Source of the DNA: a virus
Virus record (IMG/VR): IMGVR_UViG_3300025704_002294
Coordinates: 30,201 to 94,200 of that record
Length of the DNA: 64,000 bases
Direction: 5' to 3' (one strand)
Made by a program: the position numbers and the translations under genes. This document shows positions 57,805 to 64,000 of the stretch, piece by piece. How positions within the stretch are numbered: the first letter of the stretch is position 1; every line of letters starts with the position of its first letter. The notes beneath the pieces are model-generated. The model was given only the letters and a program-made list of their open reading frames with translations, was not told the origin of the DNA and did no database searches.

Positions 57805-58313
57805 AAATCGACGAACTTGAAACCGAATTAAAAGATTCAGAATATAGGTATCAAAAGCAATTAGACGAATTAAACGATAAGTATAAACGAACACTAGAAA
57901 ATCTCGAAGATGTTAAGAATTCGCTTGACATAAAACCTAAAGAAGTTATAATAGAAAAAGAAATCATTAAGGAAGTTATTAAGGAGGTTCCTGTTGAGGT
58001 CGAGAAGGTTGTCACAATTGAGAAGGAGGTCCCTGTCACAAAGGAGGTCGTGGTCACTCGCGAAGTCGAAGTTCCCGGACCAGAGCGAATTGTTGAAGTC
58101 CCCGGACCAGAGCGAATCGTGGAAAGAATCGTGGAAGTCGAAGTCCCCGGACCAGAGCGAATTGTTGAAAAAATAGTCGAAGTTCCAGTAGCACCTAAAC
58201 CAAAACCAAAAGTACCAAACAGTTGGACATTTACTCCCAAAACTGAATTGCCAGTAGATAACAAAGAAAATCCTACAGATAGTAAATACTACATTAAGAA
58301 ACCTAAAAGTTAA
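57789..58313 (+). CDS. start-less -1-frame continuation: coiled coil plus VPV/EKIVEV repeats
   Basis: Frame open from 57774; first ATG/GTG at 58050; reads KKNLKIDELETELKDSEY...EKEVPV... Confidence 0.65.
   Translation, partial: QKKNLKIDELETELKDSEYRYQKQLDELNDKYKRTLENLEDVKNSLDIKPKEVIIEKEIIKEVIKEVPVEVEKVVTIEKEVPVTKEVVVTREVEVPGPERIVEVPGPERIVERIVEVEVPGPERIVEKIVEVPVAPKPKPKVPNSWTFTPKTELPVDNKENPTDSKYYIKKPKS
58068..58169 (+). repeat. three ~30-bp coding repeats (EVPGPERIVE)
   Basis: GAAGTYCCCGGACCAGAGCGAATYGTKGAA at 58068, 58095 and 58140. Confidence 0.9.
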
Positions 58314-59551
58314 TGACAGAAGACAACAGCACAGATAAAAACTCACTATCATGTAATTTTTGTGGCAAGCATAGAAGCGAAGTTAATAAACTTGTTGCAG
58401 GTCCAGATGTCTACATTTGCAACGAATGTATAGATTTATCATATAAAATTATAGACGATGAGTTCGACGATGATGACTTACAATTAGAAAACATTGCTGA
58501 TCCAAAAGAAATACGCGAGTACTTAGACCAATATATTGTAGGGCAAGAATATGCCAAAAAAGTTTTAAGTGTAAGTGCATACAATCATTATAAACGCATT
58601 GATTCACCTGTAGTAGATGGCGTCGAAATAGAAAAAAGTAATATACTAATGCTAGGTCCGTCTGGTGTTGGTAAAACATTACTTGCTAAAACACTATCTA
58701 AAAAACTAAAAGTACCTTTTACAATAGCAGATGCAACCACATTAACTGAAGCAGGGTATGTCGGTGAAGATGCAGAAAGTGTACTTGAAAGATTAATACA
58801 AGCCGCCAATGGAGATGTTGCTCTTGCTGAAAAAGGCATAGTGTTTATCGACGAATTAGATAAAAAGGCTCGTAGCAGTGAGTCTAACACATCTACACGT
58901 GATGTCAGTGGCGAAGGCGTCCAACAAGCACTCTTGAGATTAATAGAAGGCACAACAACGTACATAAACGTTGGTTCAAATAAATTATCAAGTGAAAAAA
59001 TAGAATTTAGCACTGATAATATTTTGTTTATATTGGGCGGAGCATTTGTCGGAATAGATAAAATTATTAAAGCAAGAGTAAACAAGAAAAATAAAATAGG
59101 ATTTAAATCTGCACTTGATAGCGAAAATGACTTAGACAAAGATGTTTATTTACATGCTACACATGAAGATATTATACAATACGGATTAATACCAGAACTA
59201 GTAGGAAGGGTACCTGTCTTAGCAGGTTTAACAACTTTGGATGTTAATGACTTAATACACATACAACAAGAAAGTAAAAATAGTGTTAGCAATCAAGTTA
59301 AGGCGTTATACAAACTTGAAGGAATAATTATAGGCTTTACAGATAACTTTTATAAAACAGTATCAGAAGAAGCAATCAAAATAAAAACAGGTGCTAGAGG
59401 TATAAGAAGTATTTTAGAAGCATATTTTATAGATTTAACATATAATATAACAGATCTTAAAGAGAAAAAAGTCAAAGAAATGTATATTAACGATCTAGAT
59501 CACAGTACAATTTCGTATATCAACGAGGTTGACAAACTAGATGATAACTAG
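58313..59551 (+). CDS. clpX: ClpX AAA+ ATPase
   Basis: CNFCGK...ICNECI Zn finger, GPSGVGKT, TEAGYVGED, RDVSGEGVQQALL, IGF, TGARG. Confidence 0.95.
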   Translation: MTEDNSTDKNSLSCNFCGKHRSEVNKLVAGPDVYICNECIDLSYKIIDDEFDDDDLQLENIADPKEIREYLDQYIVGQEYAKKVLSVSAYNHYKRIDSPVVDGVEIEKSNILMLGPSGVGKTLLAKTLSKKLKVPFTIADATTLTEAGYVGEDAESVLERLIQAANGDVALAEKGIVFIDELDKKARSSESNTSTRDVSGEGVQQALLRLIEGTTTYINVGSNKLSSEKIEFSTDNILFILGGAFVGIDKIIKARVNKKNKIGFKSALDSENDLDKDVYLHATHEDIIQYGLIPELVGRVPVLAGLTTLDVNDLIHIQQESKNSVSNQVKALYKLEGIIIGFTDNFYKTVSEEAIKIKTGARGIRSILEAYFIDLTYNITDLKEKKVKEMYINDLDHSTISYINEVDKLDDN

Positions 59552-59557
59552 TATAAT
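59529..59557 (+). promoter_or_regulatory. sigma70 promoter for bS21 operon
   Basis: TTGACA-17-TATAAT. Confidence 0.85.
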
Positions 59558-59584
59558 AAAAATAATATTAAAAAAGAGGTAAAG

Positions 59585-59998
59585 TTGAATAACAAATTTA
59601 AAGGAAATGATATCAAGAAAGGATATCAATATGATTACAAAAAGAAGCAAGACTTCAAAAAGAAGTTCGAGCCACGTGATCCATTTGATTCTGCAATATA
59701 CGTTCGCAATGGTAATGTAGACCAAGCAATCAGAACTTTAAAGAAAAAATTATTAAAAGATAATTTCCAAAAAGAACTTGCTAAAAGAGAATACTACGAA
59801 AAACCAAGTGCTAAACGTAAAAGAGTAAAAGCCACAGGTGTTAAAAAAGGACAAAAATTGTTGCGTGAGAAAATAATGAGAGGGGAAGCAATGCCTCCAG
59901 CAACAGTTGGCCAAAAACACCTTAAAGGTAAAAGATCACTAAACAAATATCGTGCAACTAAGAGGCTCATGCAACAAAGAGATTGGGCAAGGAAGTAA
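59585..59998 (+). CDS. rpsU: ribosomal protein bS21 with long N- and C-terminal extensions
   Basis: VRNGNVDQAIRTLKKK...KREYYEKPSAKRKR core; 137 aa; SD GAGGT, TTG start. Confidence 0.85.
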   Translation: MNNKFKGNDIKKGYQYDYKKKQDFKKKFEPRDPFDSAIYVRNGNVDQAIRTLKKKLLKDNFQKELAKREYYEKPSAKRKRVKATGVKKGQKLLREKIMRGEAMPPATVGQKHLKGKRSLNKYRATKRLMQQRDWARK

Positions 59999-60000
59999 GA

Positions 60001-60798
60001 ATGAAATATGATTACGCACTCGTTAGTGGCGGGTTTGATCCTGTGCATCTTGGACATTTGCAAATGTTTAAAGATGCAAGTAAGTTAGCAGACAATGTAA
60101 TAGTGCTACTTAACAGCGACGAATGGCTTACTAGAAAGAAAGGCAGACCATTTATGGATCAAGTTCAGCGAAAAGCCATACTGGAAGAAATGAAGTGTGT
60201 AAGTCAAGTAATCATACAATCTCAAGATGTAGATGATAGTAGCAGTAATGCTATTATGAATTTTGCAATTAGAAATCCTGATGCAAGAATATGTTTTTGC
60301 AATGGCGGTGATCGTAGTGATACTAAAAGAATACGAGAAACAGATATATGCAATAAATACGATGTAGCACTAGAGTTCGGCATTGGCGGTGAAGCCAAAG
60401 TTGCAAGTAGTAGTAAGTTATTACAAGATTACACAACCACAGTCATTGAACGACCATGGGGCAGATACAGGCAACTATATGCCGGTGAAGGATATGTTGT
60501 TAAGGAACTTGAGATAGATCCAGGTAAAGAACTTAGTGATCAATTTCATTTTCACAGAAGCGAACACTGGATAGTATTAAGCGGTATAGGACATCTTAAA
60601 CAAGGTGCTACTAGACAAATGCCTGAAAGAGAATTTTATATTCCAGAAGGCGAAAGTGTGTATATTAGGCCAGCACAGACACACAAACTAAGTAACCCAG
60701 GCCAAGTGCCGTTGCGTATAGTCGAAGTTTGGGCAGGAGAGATATTAGAAGAAACCGACATTAAAAGATTGGATGTTGGACCAAATTACGGAGAATAA
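60001..60798 (+). CDS. cytidylyltransferase fused to mannose-6-phosphate isomerase type II cupin
   Basis: SGGFDPVHLGH, NGGDR, SSS; ERPWG, QFHFHRSEHW, HKLSNPG. Confidence 0.85.
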   Translation: MKYDYALVSGGFDPVHLGHLQMFKDASKLADNVIVLLNSDEWLTRKKGRPFMDQVQRKAILEEMKCVSQVIIQSQDVDDSSSNAIMNFAIRNPDARICFCNGGDRSDTKRIRETDICNKYDVALEFGIGGEAKVASSSKLLQDYTTTVIERPWGRYRQLYAGEGYVVKELEIDPGKELSDQFHFHRSEHWIVLSGIGHLKQGATRQMPEREFYIPEGESVYIRPAQTHKLSNPGQVPLRIVEVWAGEILEETDIKRLDVGPNYGE

Positions 60799-60839
60799 TG
60801 AAAGAATTAGGAATGAGTTTATTAGGAAAATAAGGATAT

Positions 60840-61280
60840 ATGGAATTGAAAGATTTAAATGAATCGAAAGTATGCGATATACTTAATAGAATAGTGGAAT
60901 TAGAAATGGCTGGTGTAGTACGTTATGCTCACAGTTCACTAATGGTCAGAGGACCTAATAGGATTCCTATCGTGACATTCTTACAAGAACAAGCCAATGA
61001 AAGTTTAGCACACGCCTTGCAGGCAGGCGAATACATCACAGGCTTTAACGGTCACCCAAGTCAAAATATTTCGCCTATTGAAGAAAATCACAATCATAGT
61101 GTTGAACAAATTCTACAAGAAAGTTTAGCACATGAAATGGCGGCTGTAGAAATGTACAAAGTTCTATTAGAAGAAGTTGCAGATGCTAGTATAATGTTAG
61201 AAGAATATGCTAGAGGGCAGATTGGCATGGAAGAGCAACACGCATTAGAAATAAGGAAAATGCTACAAGACTACAGTTGA
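60840..61280 (+). CDS. bacterioferritin/ferritin-like protein
   Basis: ELEMAGVVRY, ESLAHA, HEMAA, EEQHA ferroxidase-type ligands. Confidence 0.8.
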   Translation: MELKDLNESKVCDILNRIVELEMAGVVRYAHSSLMVRGPNRIPIVTFLQEQANESLAHALQAGEYITGFNGHPSQNISPIEENHNHSVEQILQESLAHEMAAVEMYKVLLEEVADASIMLEEYARGQIGMEEQHALEIRKMLQDYS

Positions 61281-61504
61281 TGGATAAATCGCAAAAACTT
61301 CACTTGTCAAAAGCAGTAACGTGGCGTATTATAGCATCAATAACAACAGCCTTGATAGCATTATCTTTTGGATTGCCACAAAAAGCAGTAGCAGGCGTGT
61401 TTGTAGCAGATTTAATTATTAAATTTATATTATACTATGGGCACGAAAGAATGTGGTATAATTTAGCAAAGTTGTTTGAGGATGATCAAAAAGGCAAGTT
61501 GTAA
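61277..61504 (+). CDS. DUF2061-type small membrane protein
   Basis: KAVTWRIIA...YYGHERMW. Confidence 0.75.
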   Translation: MMDKSQKLHLSKAVTWRIIASITTALIALSFGLPQKAVAGVFVADLIIKFILYYGHERMWYNLAKLFEDDQKGKL

Positions 61505-62181
61505 CCAAACAACTTACAATCCTCGTAGTAAAACTCAGTAAACAAATCCTTAAATTGTTGATTGCTTCCTTTGTGTTCTGTTGGTCTTTCTATTTTTCTA
61601 TCAAGAGTCTGGTTAATACTACCAGGTATAGTTATACCGTACTTGTTTGATATTTCAGGCCAGAACTTTGTATCCATTTCTTCAAACCAATAAATGTTCC
61701 AGTCACTAGTAACGTAATGATGTTGCGGTCGCATGTGGTTATCAAACACAAATGACAACTTATTTCTTAAAAATGCATCAGTGTCCATTCTATATTGAAA
61801 CTCGTTTGTTTTATATGCAGTAAGTCTTTGTATTGTAAATTCTTCTAAATATTTAAAAAAGTTATCAGTAAATCCTTCTGCTGTTACTAATTGCCCAATA
61901 TTAGTTTGCCACATAAATTCTGATATCAGTCTAGTATATGGATTTCTAATAACTGTAAATTGATCTGTGCAATTTTCACTGGGCATTATAAGTTTTTCTA
62001 TGAGTTCTGCATGGTAATGCTGTGGATTACATGGCTTTTCATCGTAGCCTGTCTTCATTGGCTCATTTAAATATCCCCAGTCGTAACCAGCATTTCTAAA
62101 AGAATTTTCTATAGCAGTACCACCGCATTTAGGAACATGAACAAATAAAACTAGGTCATCACCGTTATGAAATAGGGGCAT
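61486..62181 (-). CDS. sulfotransferase family 2 protein (start corrected to MPLFHNG)
   Basis: FVHVPKCGGT, IRNPYTRLIS, HMRPQ, YYEDCKLFGY. Confidence 0.85.
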   Translation of the reverse strand: MPLFHNGDDLVLFVHVPKCGGTAIENSFRNAGYDWGYLNEPMKTGYDEKPCNPQHYHAELIEKLIMPSENCTDQFTVIRNPYTRLISEFMWQTNIGQLVTAEGFTDNFFKYLEEFTIQRLTAYKTNEFQYRMDTDAFLRNKLSFVFDNHMRPQHHYVTSDWNIYWFEEMDTKFWPEISNKYGITIPGSINQTLDRKIERPTEHKGSNQQFKDLFTEFYYEDCKLFGYNLPF

Positions 62182-62188
62182 TTTTTTC

Positions 62189-62217
62189 TTGACCTTTGGT
62201 AGACATTGTGTTATATT
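62189..62217 (+). promoter_or_regulatory. sigma70-type promoter overlapping a divergent late box
   Basis: TTGACC-17-TATATT with TGn; TATAAATA on minus at 62214-21; ATG 7 nt after the -10. Confidence 0.6.
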
Positions 62218-62224
62218 TATAACT

Positions 62225-62713
62225 ATGACAATGCATCTACAACAAGGTCTGAGTACCATAAATACTCGTAAGACACGCAAGATGCCTAAGTTGACAAAAG
62301 CAAAGTTGCAAGAGGTAGAACTTAGGTGGCGTAAACACAACAAGGATTGCAAACGTAATCATATGCATGCCTTTAGATACGACACACTTGAAGATTACAT
62401 AGAGTACTGCTATGGTCTCAAGAAAAAACCTGATCCTCGTGATAGAAGTACATTTAAGATTAGAACACCTGAAACTAACTGGAGAGCAGAACTAGACAGA
62501 GAGCATAGAGAAAAATATCCTAGTCTTATGGAAGAGGCTATGAAGAAAGGCGAGTTCAACAAACTAGGTGATGGTAAAGGCACTAAGAAGGAGCCTATGA
62601 AGTACACAGGCGACCTTATAACAGGTATTGCTACAATGCATAAGTCTAACGCAGTACCAGTAATGAAAGGCACAACACAAGCAATAGACATTGCAAGAAT
62701 GAGAAGAGGATGA
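62225..62713 (+). CDS. basic hypothetical protein of T4-like type
   Basis: YTGDLITGIATMHKSNAVPV C-terminal motif. Confidence 0.7.
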   Translation: MTMHLQQGLSTINTRKTRKMPKLTKAKLQEVELRWRKHNKDCKRNHMHAFRYDTLEDYIEYCYGLKKKPDPRDRSTFKIRTPETNWRAELDREHREKYPSLMEEAMKKGEFNKLGDGKGTKKEPMKYTGDLITGIATMHKSNAVPVMKGTTQAIDIARMRRG

Positions 62714-62901
62714 CAAAACAAGATCAAGAAGAGTTGAAACAGCACTATCGGAATCAAAATTTAGAAGTGCCAGACCATTTTGTTTTTCCTACATGCGATC
62801 ACCCAATAGAAAAATGGTGTAAGAATTGTGACTTTGATTGCGATACATATGAAAAGATACCGCATTTTAGAAAATATAAGGAACTGCATTTTTTTGATTA
62901 A
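62710..62901 (+). CDS. small Cys-containing hypothetical protein
   Basis: ATGA coupling; CDH...WCKNC. Confidence 0.55.
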   Translation: MTKQDQEELKQHYRNQNLEVPDHFVFPTCDHPIEKWCKNCDFDCDTYEKIPHFRKYKELHFFD

Positions 62902-62918
62902 CACAAAGGAAAATATAC

Positions 62919-63071
62919 ATGTCAGCAGATAAACACTTCACAGGCAAAGGCTCTAAGCAAAGGCCTACTGATCCAAAGAACCCAAGAGCGTACCAGGATA
63001 ACTGGGAAAAGATTTTTGGTAATAACAAAAAGGAAAAAGATGATAAAGATAAATCCAAATCCAGTAATTGA
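62919..63071 (+). CDS. 50-aa phage protein (not in ORF track)
   Basis: MSADKHFTGKGSKQRPTD...YQDNWEKIFG; SD AAGGA. Confidence 0.7.
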   Translation: MSADKHFTGKGSKQRPTDPKNPRAYQDNWEKIFGNNKKEKDDKDKSKSSN

Positions 63072-63663
63072 GGGACTTCCTATTTGGAATGGTTCTTTGA
63101 ACTGGAAACTGAAACCAGAAGAAATCAGCGAACAAACCGAATGGGATGAAATTGAAAAGGGTAAACATTTACTAGTCGAGCCTTCAGGAAATACCATAAA
63201 GAATTTAGAAAATTTATTAGGTTATTTTGGCTCTCATAGAATAATTGATAATCTACCAATAGAAGAAATTGGTGATTATTTGTACGACCAATGGGCAACC
63301 GATAACATAAGAGATCCTGACTATTTAAAAACAATATTAAGTTATCATTCTAGTATTGTTAAACACTCTGTGGGATATAAAAAAACACCATACAATGATA
63401 ACAGAATTATATTTGGTAAAATTATTGTAAATTTAAATGATTATTTACTAACGCCACCAGTTTTATTTACTAGTAACATGGATTGGCCAGTTACCGATGT
63501 AATAGTAGAAAAAGATTGGGATTACTTAGATGCACTTTTATTTTTAAATAGCAACGATTTTTATTATGGTACACAAAATAATACTAAAAGAGATTGCTAC
63601 TTTTTAGAGTGTGATTTAACACTTGAGCCACTTTTTCTGGTTGACAGAGACTTCTTAATTTAG
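63040..63663 (+). CDS. hypothetical protein
   Basis: SD AAGGA before ATG 63040. Confidence 0.6.
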   Translation: MIKINPNPVIEGLPIWNGSLNWKLKPEEISEQTEWDEIEKGKHLLVEPSGNTIKNLENLLGYFGSHRIIDNLPIEEIGDYLYDQWATDNIRDPDYLKTILSYHSSIVKHSVGYKKTPYNDNRIIFGKIIVNLNDYLLTPPVLFTSNMDWPVTDVIVEKDWDYLDALLFLNSNDFYYGTQNNTKRDCYFLECDLTLEPLFLVDRDFLI

Positions 63664-63669
63664 TATAAT
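63641..63669 (+). promoter_or_regulatory. sigma70 promoter
   Basis: TTGACA-17-TATAAT. Confidence 0.85.
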
Positions 63670-63694
63670 ATACTTAAATTGTTAGGAGTTACAT

Positions 63695-64000
63695 ATGATC
63701 GAAATACTACAAGAAATAACTGATTGGGGCAAATACCCAGTTGCAAATGGTGTTTATCATGTTAATAGTGCAGGACAACTTGTTCAGCATAATGATAAAG
63801 TATTTAAAAATCCAATTAAACAATTCTCTAAGAGCAGACGTAAGTTTACTAAGATAGGTGAAAGACCAGAAGAATTAGCCGCTGATGTAATACAAGTACA
63901 AGGTAGTAATGGTAAAGTATACACTATCGAAGATGGTAAATGCTCTTGTCCTGGTTATACATTTAGAGGAAATTGTAAGCATGTTAAACAAGTCGCTTAA
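63695..64000 (+). CDS. SWIM zinc-finger protein
   Basis: CSCPGYTFRGNCKHV; SD AGGAG. Confidence 0.85.
   Translation: MIEILQEITDWGKYPVANGVYHVNSAGQLVQHNDKVFKNPIKQFSKSRRKFTKIGERPEELAADVIQVQGSNGKVYTIEDGKCSCPGYTFRGNCKHVKQVA

Noticed and set aside
58068-58169. Three ~30-bp repeats as a mini CRISPR array
   Set aside because: In-frame coding repeats varying at third codon positions, with spacers of 0-15 nt and no cas genes
1775-63334. Numerous 60-170-aa antisense or nested ORFs in the track (e.g. 2189..2686, 6389..6793, 57851..58264, 58588..59139)
   Set aside because: They lie opposite or within well-supported genes, have Ser/Leu/Phe-rich shadow composition and lack promoter or SD support
1-64000. 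Stop-codon reassignment
   Set aside because: Conserved genes are full-length in code 11; TAA, TAG and TGA all end genes at sensible positions; no suppressor tRNA seen

Overview
AT-rich, densely coding segment of a large T4-superfamily (myovirus or jumbo-phage-like) dsDNA phage genome, standard genetic code, probably aquatic with a proteobacterial host (inference from class Ia NrdAB, 7Fe ferredoxin, ClpX, UvsE). It holds virion/head-associated and tail-like genes (PAAR, Mtd_N-type and Ser/Gly/Thr-rich proteins), nrdA/nrdB/glutaredoxin, tRNA-Thr(UGU), ribosomal proteins bL33 and bS21, peptide deformylase, ClpX, a ferritin-like protein, QueD, SleB-like hydrolase, thermonuclease, GH6 glucanase, subtilisin, and many glycosyl-, methyl-, sulfo- and nucleotidyltransferases and 2OG-Fe(II) oxygenases. 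Two promoter classes are visible: near-consensus sigma70 and T4-type late (G/T/A)ATAAATA. Main observations: (1) 13 genes start exactly 5 nt after the late box, which implies systematic leaderless late mRNAs, and two more such starts lie in-frame inside a 2354-aa gene; (2) modular head-cargo-like polyproteins (M-x-hydrophobic-x-E leaders, xxE junctions, shared xxLAG[L/I] motif) carry amidoligase, Cu/Zn-SOD, ParB-like, HxGH and nuclease-like domains; (3) a candidate -1 frameshift or slippage at an A10 run joins a membrane protein to a start-less coiled-coil/VPV-repeat ORF; (4) a candidate ~105-nt late sRNA lies antisense to the uvsE 3' end; (5) SD-sequestering hairpins overlap promoters. All calls come from reading motifs by eye; no database searches were run.
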